The notes under the pieces are model-generated. The model saw nothing but the letters and a program-made list of their open reading frames with translations, searched no databases and was not told the DNA's origin. From contig CASTSB010000002.1 of assembly GCA_949451605.1 (NCBI GenBank), forward strand, positions 116,771-180,770: a stretch of 64,000 bases of DNA, written 5' to 3'. Origin of the DNA: an uncultured Bacilli bacterium. GTDB taxonomy: Bacteria; Bacillota_I; Bacilli_A; RF39; UBA660. The translations under genes and the position numbers were made by a program. Positions 52,628-62,124 of this stretch are shown piece after piece; the first letter of the stretch is position 1; each line of letters opens with the position of its first letter.

Positions 52628-53900
52628 TAAAGCATGGAATGAACTGTTTGAAAGATTTAATATTATTAATGCAATAGAAGGAAATGGTTTTTTTGAAATT
52701 ACTGCTGATCAAATTAAAGAATCAGGAAGAGAGCCAAGATTAATGACTAAGTTTGATAGCAGTGAAAATTTACCAACAATTTTTGCAGAAAATAACCTAG
52801 CAATATTGCCAATTAAACGTGGCTCATATATTATAGGAAAATTTCAAAATTATCAAACTGTTGAATTAAATAATGATTTAGATGTTGAAACTAAATATTT
52901 ACCAGATTATATTTCAACTATTGATTACAGTAATATTCCAAGTGAAGCAATATCGTTAAATTCTGCATATATCTCTGGAATGATTGAAGATATTGTTGGA
53001 GAAGAAGTTGTACCTACTATACAAGGAAGAATGGGAACTGGTGAATTCAATTATCAAATATCATTAAAAGATAATAATAAATTTGATGTAAGTGTTCAAA
53101 ATTCTCAAATGGAAATAGACGGTAGTTATGAGGGAATAAGTAAATTTGTAATATTCGAAGCAAAAAATCATTACATGAAAGATTTCATAATAAGGCAATT
53201 ATATTATCCGTATAAAGTTTGGAAAAAAGTTACGCATAAAGAAATAATTCCAATTATGTTAATTAAGCATGATAATATATTTAATTTTTTTATCTATGAA
53301 TTTTTAGATGAAAATAATTATAATAGTATAAGATTAAAGAAAATCAAAAGATATATTTTAGATGAAATATATAATCCAATCGAAGTTGTTGACATACAAA
53401 ATATTATGAATCAAGTTGAATTTGTTAAAGAAGATAATGTCCCTTTTCCACAAGCAAATTCTTTTTATAGAGTTTTAGATTTAATCAATGAATTAAATAA
53501 TCAAGAATTATCTGCAAGTGATATTGCAGACATTTATGAATTTGATATTAGACAAGCAAATTATTATTTAGCTGCTGCACAATATTTAGGCTTAGTTGTG
53601 AAAGATAAAAACTACAAATTATCTGATCATGGAAAAAGTATAATGCAAATGAACCATAAAAATAAGAATTTAGCAATTATTAGTATTATTTTATCTCACA
53701 AACCTTTTTACTGTGCACTTGAGCAATATTTAACAAATTTTGAATTTGATTATTCAGAAATAGCAAAAGTTATTTATGAAAATAGAGATGAAATCAATTC
53801 AACTGGAACGGCAGAAAGAAGAACAAGTACTGTAATTGCTTGGGTTAAATGGATTATGGAATTAACAACTGTTTTTGAAAGAAATCCTTTTGATGAATAG
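52602..53900 (+). CDS. putative restriction endonuclease partner of the Dam-family methyltransferase
   Basis: 432 aa. Overlaps the MTase 3' end by 26 nt. No motif recognised. The assignment rests on its context. Confidence 0.4.
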   Translation: MENWISKNNKAWNELFERFNIINAIEGNGFFEITADQIKESGREPRLMTKFDSSENLPTIFAENNLAILPIKRGSYIIGKFQNYQTVELNNDLDVETKYLPDYISTIDYSNIPSEAISLNSAYISGMIEDIVGEEVVPTIQGRMGTGEFNYQISLKDNNKFDVSVQNSQMEIDGSYEGISKFVIFEAKNHYMKDFIIRQLYYPYKVWKKVTHKEIIPIMLIKHDNIFNFFIYEFLDENNYNSIRLKKIKRYILDEIYNPIEVVDIQNIMNQVEFVKEDNVPFPQANSFYRVLDLINELNNQELSASDIADIYEFDIRQANYYLAAAQYLGLVVKDKNYKLSDHGKSIMQMNHKNKNLAIISIILSHKPFYCALEQYLTNFEFDYSEIAKVIYENRDEINSTGTAERRTSTVIAWVKWIMELTTVFERNPFDE

Positions 53901-54025
53901 AATATTAAATGGAGAAAGAAACTCCATTTTTATTTTAGTTCTTTATAATAATTGCAAAATATTTTAAAAATATTTTGCAATTATTATTTATTTGTGATAT
54001 TATATAGTTGATTTTGGAGGTGTCT

Positions 54026-54244
54026 ATGGAAACTATAAAACAACAAAACTTTAAAAGGATTGCTGAAAATAGAATAAATAAAATTGTTGATTTAATTTCA
54101 AAACTTCATAATCTATCAAATTCATCATTTTATGAATATACAGATGAACAAATAGATAAAATGTTTGATATTATCCAAAAAGAATTGGATAGACAAAAAG
54201 AAGAATTTAAAAAGAAAGGAAAAAATAGAAAAATAGAATTGTAG
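54026..54244 (+). CDS. small protein, first gene of the GHKL operon
   Basis: 73 aa with RBS ggaggtg upstream. Largely helical and charged. Confidence 0.45.
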   Translation: METIKQQNFKRIAENRINKIVDLISKLHNLSNSSFYEYTDEQIDKMFDIIQKELDRQKEEFKKKGKNRKIEL

Positions 54245-54254
54245 GTGTAGTAAG

Positions 54255-56183
54255 ATGTTTAATGAATTATTTTTTAAAGATAAGCCAAAATGGAAATTTA
54301 TTGAAAACAACTATGGTAATGATAACGGTCTAGACTCTACTGACATGGAAACTTTTAAAAAAGATCCTATTGCCTCATTGGCTAGGGAATCATGTCAAAA
54401 TTCAGTAGACGCGCAAAAGAGCGAAAATGCCGTTTTAATTCAGTTTAAAGTGTTTTATATGGATACAAAAGAAATTCCCGGTATAAACGATTTGATTAAT
54501 GAAATTACAGCATGTAGAAATTCAAATGTAGAGGGTAGTAGACAATATATTCAATTTAATAATATGCTTGAATATTTAAAAAATAAAAGTATTCCTTGCT
54601 TAAGAATTAGTGACTTCAATACAAAAGGATTAGAAGGAGTACGAAATAATTCAAGAGACAAGGCCTTTTATAGATTAACTAAAGGAAATGGTCAAACAAC
54701 AAAAGAAAATGGAATTAATGGTGGTTCAAAAGGTATTGGTAAATTTGCCTCATTTGTTAATAGTCAAATCCAAACTGTTTTCTATTCTACGTTAAATATG
54801 GATAACGAGAAAGGTTTTTTGGGGATTTCTAAATTAGCTTCACGACCTTTAGATAATGAACTATTGTGTACAACAGGATATGGGTACTTTTCAAGAACTG
54901 AAAAAGTTTTACCAATATTAGATGATTTAAATCTAGATAAAAACTTTATGAGAACTGAAACGGGAACAGATATATATATTTTAGGATTTAAAATTGAAGA
55001 ATCATGGAAAAAAGACATAATAACTAAAGTTTTAGATAGTTTTATGTGTGCTATACATTTTGGTAAATTAGGTGTTGAAGTAGATGATGTATTATTAACA
55101 AAAGATACATTAAAAGATATTGTTTATAATGAAAAATATATTAATGGTGTGAAAGATAAAAGAAGAATTATAAGTCAATATATTCTTTTAAATAATGATT
55201 ATGTTCACAAAAAAGAATTTAACATTAATGGATATGGAAATTTTGAAGTTTATGTTAGGGAATTTAATAGAGAAGACGAGTATTTAGCTACAAAGAAATG
55301 TTCAATGATTAGATATCCTTATATGAAAATAAAAGATTTTAATGTGGCTTGCGCAGTACCATGTTCTGCCCTATGTATAATACCAGAAAACAAATTAAAT
55401 AAAACACTTATCGATATAGAAAATCCACAGCACACTGACTGGGAATATCTTCGTTTAAATCCTGATGACAGAAAATTAATGCGAAAATTATTGAATGAAT
55501 TAGAAAGAACTATATCCGAATATGCAAATGAATGTTTATTGAATGGTAAAAATGAAGAGATAGATATGGAAGGTGCTGGGGATTTATTACCAGATTTAGA
55601 TAATTATATTGATGTTTCATTATCTAATTCGGAAGTTGAATCTAATAAGCCGCGTATAATAAGTGTTGTACAAAATAAAGTAAAAAATACTTTTGGTGAA
55701 GTAGAAGATGAAAACGCTATTTCTAATCAGCCAGATATTGGAACACATATTGATGAAGATGTTGATGATGTTTCTCCTATACCTGAAGGTCAAAATGAAC
55801 ATTCTGGAGCAGATGTACATGATTCTCAAAATGAAACAGGATATTCTTCAGACGGAAACGATGAAATAATGAAAGAAGTTTCTTTATCTGGAATTAAATC
55901 TACCATCTTTATTTTAAATAAAGAGTTAGGTAAATATGCAATTAGTTTTAATTCAATATATGATGAAAAAAATTGCGAATTAGAAATGTATTATCTTGAT
56001 GATTCTGACAATAAGTATAAAGCTTTAATAAAGTCTTGTACTATTAATGGTGAAGATGGAAAAGTAGAAAACGGAAAAATTGTAAATATGAATCTAAAAA
56101 AAGATACAATGTATAAAATAGAAGTTCATACAAATTTAAATGATATTTATGCCTGTGAGGTGAGATTATATGCGATTAGGTAA
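54255..56183 (+). CDS. GHKL-superfamily (MutL/Hsp90/MORC-like) ATPase-domain protein
   Basis: N-box-like ASLARESCQNSVDA, a G1-like DFNTKGLEG, a G2-like GINGGSKGIGKFASF. An acidic linker (aa ~440-520) and a C-terminal domain follow. Confidence 0.6.
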   Translation: MFNELFFKDKPKWKFIENNYGNDNGLDSTDMETFKKDPIASLARESCQNSVDAQKSENAVLIQFKVFYMDTKEIPGINDLINEITACRNSNVEGSRQYIQFNNMLEYLKNKSIPCLRISDFNTKGLEGVRNNSRDKAFYRLTKGNGQTTKENGINGGSKGIGKFASFVNSQIQTVFYSTLNMDNEKGFLGISKLASRPLDNELLCTTGYGYFSRTEKVLPILDDLNLDKNFMRTETGTDIYILGFKIEESWKKDIITKVLDSFMCAIHFGKLGVEVDDVLLTKDTLKDIVYNEKYINGVKDKRRIISQYILLNNDYVHKKEFNINGYGNFEVYVREFNREDEYLATKKCSMIRYPYMKIKDFNVACAVPCSALCIIPENKLNKTLIDIENPQHTDWEYLRLNPDDRKLMRKLLNELERTISEYANECLLNGKNEEIDMEGAGDLLPDLDNYIDVSLSNSEVESNKPRIISVVQNKVKNTFGEVEDENAISNQPDIGTHIDEDVDDVSPIPEGQNEHSGADVHDSQNETGYSSDGNDEIMKEVSLSGIKSTIFILNKELGKYAISFNSIYDEKNCELEMYYLDDSDNKYKALIKSCTINGEDGKVENGKIVNMNLKKDTMYKIEVHTNLNDIYACEVRLYAIR

Positions 56184-57078
56184 AAAAGTTCCACCATATC
56201 CAATTTTGAATAAATCTCTTAATATGAGCTCATACAAAAATTCAAATTTTTCTTTTAGTTATGAATTGGAAGAAACAAAGGAATTGTTTATAATTAAAAA
56301 TGCCAAAATTGAAACGGATAGTGGAGATTTGCTGAAGTATTTTAATCTTCAAAAATTAAAAGCAGTAGTGATTGTGGAATGTTCTTCTACTGTTTATAGA
56401 AATAAATTTGAAATATCTATAAATCCTGTTGATATAGAAATTCCAATAAAAGATTTAAATGATAAAGTTGAAATATCTTGTTTTGTATATGCAATAGAAG
56501 ATATTGAAAATTATTCAAGCAAAGATATGCAAGATGTTTATCAAGGATATTCTTTTATGATAGAAAAATATAGTATGTTTGCTGTTGATGATGGTATTAC
56601 GATGAAAATAGAATATGATGATAAAGAAGATAATAAAGTAGCATCGATATTTTCTGTTATAAAAAGTTTTGATCAAAATTTAAATAATATGAAAGTTGAA
56701 CTAACTGATAGAAAGATAAAAATAATATTACCAGAAAAATCTTTTGAGTATTATGATGCACTTAAAGATAAAGAACCTTTTCAAAGTATATTTTTTTCAA
56801 TACTTGTTATTCCCTCTTTAACTTATGCATTTAGTGAGATTCAAAAGCTTCCAAATGAAACAGAAATAGATGATATTGTAGATAAATATAGCTGGTTTAA
56901 ATCAATTGTAGCTAGTTACAAAAAATTATATAAAGTTGATCTAGATTATGAAACTTTTAAGCAACTTGTACCACTAGAGTTAGCACAAGGTTTAATGAAT
57001 AATTGTACTACTAGTTCATTTGATGATTTTTATAAAGCTGTTACAAATATCATTCCTAATGAAATGGAGGATGAATAA
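56170..57078 (+). CDS. hypothetical protein (GHKL operon gene 3)
   Basis: 302 aa. Overlaps the upstream gene by 14 nt. No motif recognised. Confidence 0.45.
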   Translation: MRLGKKVPPYPILNKSLNMSSYKNSNFSFSYELEETKELFIIKNAKIETDSGDLLKYFNLQKLKAVVIVECSSTVYRNKFEISINPVDIEIPIKDLNDKVEISCFVYAIEDIENYSSKDMQDVYQGYSFMIEKYSMFAVDDGITMKIEYDDKEDNKVASIFSVIKSFDQNLNNMKVELTDRKIKIILPEKSFEYYDALKDKEPFQSIFFSILVIPSLTYAFSEIQKLPNETEIDDIVDKYSWFKSIVASYKKLYKVDLDYETFKQLVPLELAQGLMNNCTTSSFDDFYKAVTNIIPNEMEDE

Positions 57079-57079
57079 T

Positions 57080-57904
57080 ATGAATAAAACTATTAATATT
57101 TCTTTTATGACAGATGAAGCATTAGAAACTTTGAGAGAAAATAGTGATAGAGTATCAGAGTATATTAAATCAAATAAACTTGATTCTAGTTGGATCCATG
57201 AACTTTATAGTGGAAAGGTATATGATTTAAAGAAGGAAAAAATAAATGACTTTGAACTAAAAACTTCCTTAAATGATAATTATAAAGAAGTAGAACTTGA
57301 TAATGCTGTAATATTATATGAATCATTAAAAGATTTGCCTAGATGTATTATTACAGATGAAAGATTTTGGGCTTGGATTAATCTAAATAAATGCTATAAA
57401 GCTACAACTCAAGCAATGCCAATTAAGTCGTCATCAACTTTTAAAAACATGTGGTTATTTACGCAAGGAAAGAGAAGAGGTATTTTCTTTGGAGCAAATT
57501 CTAGATTATATTTTTGGACAGAATTAACAGTAGATGATGAATCATTAGAGGATAAATATTTATATACAAGATTTGTATTTGAAAATCATGAGAGAATAAG
57601 ACAATTAACATGGAGATCAAATTCAAACAATAAACATATTGTATTAAATGTGGTAAAAGCTGAAAAGATGCTATATGATAAATATGCGAAGAATTCTGAA
57701 TACATGGAGGCATTTAATAAATGTGAAAGAGGTGTTGGAACTCGTAATATTTATACTGCTATTTCAAAATATTTATCATTATATGGAAGTGTAAGAGTAT
57801 TAGATGTTATATCAGATGAAGATTTGCAAAATTTCATCTATAATAAACTTGAAGAAATATTATTTGAAGTACAGAAAAATAATATGGAAATTTTTAATAT
57901 GTAA
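57080..57904 (+). CDS. hypothetical protein (GHKL operon gene 4)
   Basis: 274 aa. ATG 57080 follows RBS ggagga and sits 1 nt after the upstream stop. Confidence 0.45.
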   Translation: MNKTINISFMTDEALETLRENSDRVSEYIKSNKLDSSWIHELYSGKVYDLKKEKINDFELKTSLNDNYKEVELDNAVILYESLKDLPRCIITDERFWAWINLNKCYKATTQAMPIKSSSTFKNMWLFTQGKRRGIFFGANSRLYFWTELTVDDESLEDKYLYTRFVFENHERIRQLTWRSNSNNKHIVLNVVKAEKMLYDKYAKNSEYMEAFNKCERGVGTRNIYTAISKYLSLYGSVRVLDVISDEDLQNFIYNKLEEILFEVQKNNMEIFNM

Positions 57905-57917
57905 GGAATAATTTCTA

Positions 57918-58925
57918 ATGAATAATGATTATATAAATATAATTAATATATTTGAAGAATCAGAACGACTTCCTAATGATAAGTATTGTTTATATCCTGA
58001 AAAAAAATATTGTAGAGGGAAAATTAAACGAGCACATACAATACAAAATAATAAAATTTTGATAAGTGTTTCCGATAATGGTAATCTTATTGCGTTAAAT
58101 GGTAAATCTGCCATTGGTTTTCAAGAATCAGAAAAACAAGGAAGAGGAGTAGCAACTACTTTTTGGGGATTTTGTGATTATCATGATACAGTTGTTTTCG
58201 AACCTATTGAAAATTACAATTATGATAAATCACTAAAGCAAACATTTTTATACACGTATAGAACATTTTCATGGCACTACTATTTAAAAGAAACTCAATT
58301 AAACAAAAATAATTATATACAAAATAAAGTTAATATTAATTTGAAAAATAATGATTATTTTTTAGGAATAGTATTAGGAAGTAGTGATAATAAAAAAATA
58401 AAAGAAAAAATTGATGCTGCTATTCTAAATAAAAATTATGACATTATAAAATACTATGTGTGGGAAATTCCATTTAAAGTGAATTTTTGCTGTTGTGGGA
58501 TGGTTCAATTGTTTAAAGATTTGTTAGGCAACGATATTAATAATTATGAAGAGCTATTAGATATAAATAAACCAATGAAAAATCTTTTCATAAATATATT
58601 TCCAGAAAAAAATAAATCGTATTGTATATTTTCGTGGCTTACTGATGATTTTGAATATGATAATTTTACTATTCAATTTTCTAAATTAACATTGAAAGAT
58701 AAAATAAATTATATGAATAATATGTTGCCTAAAGAAACTGATAAAATTTTTATTAATCCGAAATTATGGAATAAATGGGGAAGTAATATTCAACAATCAT
58801 TTATAGAATGGGCTAATATAAGTATATTATGTAATGCAATGCAAGCTGAAACAAAGAAAAAAATGAAATGGAAATATTCATTTGTTCCATGGAATTTATT
58901 TGATTGTTCAGAGAAATTGAAGTAG
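57918..58925 (+). CDS. hypothetical protein (GHKL operon gene 5)
   Basis: 335 aa. Cys/His-containing N-terminal region (CRGKIKRAHTIQNN). Confidence 0.45.
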   Translation: MNNDYINIINIFEESERLPNDKYCLYPEKKYCRGKIKRAHTIQNNKILISVSDNGNLIALNGKSAIGFQESEKQGRGVATTFWGFCDYHDTVVFEPIENYNYDKSLKQTFLYTYRTFSWHYYLKETQLNKNNYIQNKVNINLKNNDYFLGIVLGSSDNKKIKEKIDAAILNKNYDIIKYYVWEIPFKVNFCCCGMVQLFKDLLGNDINNYEELLDINKPMKNLFINIFPEKNKSYCIFSWLTDDFEYDNFTIQFSKLTLKDKINYMNNMLPKETDKIFINPKLWNKWGSNIQQSFIEWANISILCNAMQAETKKKMKWKYSFVPWNLFDCSEKLK

Positions 58926-58939
58926 TAAAAGGTGATAAA

Positions 58940-60505
58940 ATGGTAATAGAGAAAATGAAAATAAAAAATTTTAAAAGATTTAAGGGAGAAGTCGAGATTA
59001 ATTATAATAGTGATTTTAATGTCATTATAGGAAACAATGAATCAGGAAAAAGTTCAATCTTACAAGCAATTGATTTAGTTTTAAGTGGAAATAAAAATAA
59101 AATAGAAAATATTGGATTAGACAATTTATTTAATACAGAAATTATAGATGAATTTATGAATAGTGATAGAGATATTTCTAAGATACCTGAAATATTTGTA
59201 GAGTTATATCTTAATGATACTGGTAATATGGATTTATCGGGGAATAACAATTCAGAAAAAAGAGAATGTGACGGTCTGGTATTAAAGATTCAAATAGATG
59301 AAGAATTTGTAAAAATAATTGATGAATCATTAAGAAAAGAAAATGCCGTTTTTCCATTTGAATATTATAAGTGTATTTTTAAGACATTTGCAGATGACTC
59401 ATACAACAATTATAAAAAGCCAGTTAAGCATATTGTCATTGACGAATCAAATTTATCAAACGATTACTACATAAAGGAATATATTTCTGATCTTTATTCT
59501 TCGTATGCAGATGAAACAACAAAAAATCTTTTTAATAACGAATTTAGAAAATTAAAAAAGGGATTTGAAGAAACAACATTAGAAGAAATGAATAAAAAAG
59601 TCCCAACTGTAAATTTTGGATTAACCAATCACAGTAAGTATTCTTTAGAAAACAATTTAACACTATATGAACAAGGAATTAATATATGGAATAAAGGTTC
59701 TGGAAGTATTTGTATGTTAAAAATTAAAACTTCTGTTGATAAACAATCAGAAAACATTGATTTAGTATTAATAGAAGAACCGGAAAATCATTTGAGTGAT
59801 ATTAATATGAAAAAAATGATAAATGATATTGTTAGCACTACTCAAAAACAAACATTTATTAGTACTCATAATAGTATGATTTGTTCAAGATTAGATTTAA
59901 GAAAAATAGTTGCTTTAAGCAATAACAAAATATCAACAACTGAATTTAGAAACATTCCAAAAGATACTGCTAATTTCTTCATTAAATGCCCATCTAATAG
60001 CATTTTAAATTTTATTCTATCTGATAAAAGCATTTTAGTAGAAGGTTCTGCTGAATATGTACTCTTCGAAAAATTTTATAAAATAATCACTGGTGTAAAT
60101 CCAAGTGAAGATAATGTTAACATTATTTCAGTAAACAATTTAGGTTTTAAAAGATATCTCGAAGTAGCAACCAATTTAAATAAAAAAGTAGTAGTTATAA
60201 CTGATAACGACAAGAATTATAAATCAAACATAACTGAAAAATACAAGGATTTTAAAAATCTGGATAATATAAGTATTTTTTCAGATGAGAATGAAGAAAG
60301 ATATACTTTTGAAGTTTGTATTTATAATGATAACATTGAATATATAAATAATCACAAATTAACAACATCCGAAAATATTTTAGAATTTATGTTAAGAGAA
60401 AAAGCAGAAGTTGCCTTTAGATTATTAGAACATCTTGAAAAAGATACAACTGGATTTAAAATTCCTTCATATATTGAGGATGCAATTAAATGGATAAGAG
60501 AATAA
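58940..60505 (+). CDS. gajA: Gabija GajA-like OLD-family ATP-dependent endonuclease (AAA_15 ATPase + TOPRIM)
   Basis: N-terminus IKNFKRFKG...INY...NVIIGNNESGKSSILQAI (OLD/AAA_15 P-loop). A Toprim-like region (LVEGSAEYVLFE) lies near the C-terminus. Confidence 0.75.
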   Translation: MVIEKMKIKNFKRFKGEVEINYNSDFNVIIGNNESGKSSILQAIDLVLSGNKNKIENIGLDNLFNTEIIDEFMNSDRDISKIPEIFVELYLNDTGNMDLSGNNNSEKRECDGLVLKIQIDEEFVKIIDESLRKENAVFPFEYYKCIFKTFADDSYNNYKKPVKHIVIDESNLSNDYYIKEYISDLYSSYADETTKNLFNNEFRKLKKGFEETTLEEMNKKVPTVNFGLTNHSKYSLENNLTLYEQGINIWNKGSGSICMLKIKTSVDKQSENIDLVLIEEPENHLSDINMKKMINDIVSTTQKQTFISTHNSMICSRLDLRKIVALSNNKISTTEFRNIPKDTANFFIKCPSNSILNFILSDKSILVEGSAEYVLFEKFYKIITGVNPSEDNVNIISVNNLGFKRYLEVATNLNKKVVVITDNDKNYKSNITEKYKDFKNLDNISIFSDENEERYTFEVCIYNDNIEYINNHKLTTSENILEFMLREKAEVAFRLLEHLEKDTTGFKIPSYIEDAIKWIRE

Positions 60506-61518
60506 TTTTAGCTAAAGCTGGTTCTGGAAAGACAACTGAAATAATTAATAGATTAGATGTTAATAATAAAAATTTAATTATAACTTATACACAAAGCAAT
60601 TATAATACTTTAAAATCTAAAATAATAAAAAAATATAAAGAAATACCCAAAAATATTAAAATATATACATATTTTTCATTTTTATATAAAGTCTGTTTTG
60701 CTCCTTTAAAAAGAAACTGGAATATTAAAGGATTATACTTTCATAAAAACAGCAACAGATTTGTCAGTTCAGAAAGTGTTGACTATTATTTGAATAAAAA
60801 CAATAGAAAAATGTATCATTATAGATTAGCGAAATTTTGTAATGAAAAAATGCTTAATGAGATTAAAAAGAGACTTGAAAAATATTTTGATTATATTTAT
60901 ATAGATGAAGTTCAGGACTTTTCAGGACATGATTTTAATTTTTTAATGAAAATTCTTGAATTTGATATTAACTTTTTACTAGTAGGTGATTTTTACCAAC
61001 ATACATATGATACAAGTCAAGATGGTAATGTTAATAAAAATCTATATAACAATTATGATAATTATTTGAAAAAGTTTAAAGATAAAAAAATCTTAATAGA
61101 TACAACTAGTTTAATAAAAAGTAGAAGATGTTCGAAAAATGTTTGCCAATTCATAAAAGATGAATTAAAAATAGATATAGAATCAGAAAAAGAAGAAGTT
61201 ACTATTATAAAAGAGCTTACAACAGAAGATGAGATAGATAAGATTATAAAAGATGATAGTATTACTAAATTGTTCTATCAAAATAATACAATTTACAAAA
61301 TAAATAATAAAAATAATTGGGGAAATTCAAAAGGTGAAACATATAAAGATGTATGTGTGGTATTGAATAAAAATAGCTATTCATTTTTCGTAAATAATAG
61401 ATTAGGAGAATTGCCACCACAGACTAAAAATAAATTATATGTTGCATGTAGTAGACCATCAGGGAATCTATATTTTATAAATGAAGAATTACTAAAACAA
61501 TATAAAAATAAAAAGTAA
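60490..61518 (+). CDS. gajB: Gabija GajB-like UvrD-family helicase (short form)
   Basis: Walker A AKAGSGKTTEI, YIDEVQDF (motif II), and C-terminal VACSRPSGNLY. Overlaps gajA by 16 nt. Confidence 0.7.
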   Translation: MDKRIILAKAGSGKTTEIINRLDVNNKNLIITYTQSNYNTLKSKIIKKYKEIPKNIKIYTYFSFLYKVCFAPLKRNWNIKGLYFHKNSNRFVSSESVDYYLNKNNRKMYHYRLAKFCNEKMLNEIKKRLEKYFDYIYIDEVQDFSGHDFNFLMKILEFDINFLLVGDFYQHTYDTSQDGNVNKNLYNNYDNYLKKFKDKKILIDTTSLIKSRRCSKNVCQFIKDELKIDIESEKEEVTIIKELTTEDEIDKIIKDDSITKLFYQNNTIYKINNKNNWGNSKGETYKDVCVVLNKNSYSFFVNNRLGELPPQTKNKLYVACSRPSGNLYFINEELLKQYKNKK

Positions 61519-61616
61519 TGAACTGTTTACTTGTTAATTTTGCTCATGCTTGCCATTTACATTCCTAAAAAAATGTGTTAAAATGATAATATAGAGGAAT
61601 TATAAAAAAGTGTATT

Positions 61617-61645
61617 TAGGGAGATAATTTATCTCTCTTTTTTTA
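61617..61645 (+). terminator. terminator-like hairpin in the recombinase upstream region
   Basis: gagataa-t-ttatctc hairpin followed by ttttttt. Confidence 0.4.
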
Positions 61646-62124
61646 TGCGCTTTTTTAATTTTTTCAGTAAAAAGGAGAGTGACTTTATGATATAAATTTT
61701 AAATAATTATTAATAAAAATTATCATTTTTTAAGAAAAAAATTCTAAACTGTCGGAGACTAATAGTGGGTTTTAGGGCATAGCCCTAACAAGGTGATGGG
61801 TGTGTAAACACCATGCTTGATATATGAAATATATATACTAGGTATGGGGTTATTTTTAAATTAGTTTGAAATATAACTAATTTTTTTTATATCTCAAATT
61901 AGTAAACTAATCTTGATAAATAAAGTCTTATAGTAGTTTTTAATTCATAAAATGAATGGAGGGGTGTATCAAATGAATATAACCGAAACTTTTGATAAAG
62001 ATAAAAACTTGGCTGACTTAATTGAGGAGTATCTAAAAAAGATGTTAGAAGTTAGTAAGCAATGATAGGAATATGATATAATAATATTGCTTATTAAAGT
62101 TATACACATTGGAAGGAGTAGTAA

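Noticed and set aside
61740-61830. GC-richer segment in the recombinase upstream spacer as a possible tRNA or tRNA-like integration target.
   Set aside because: No cloverleaf could be drawn, and there is no GTTCRA T-loop motif or acceptor stem. Integration is demonstrably into the amidase coding sequence instead.
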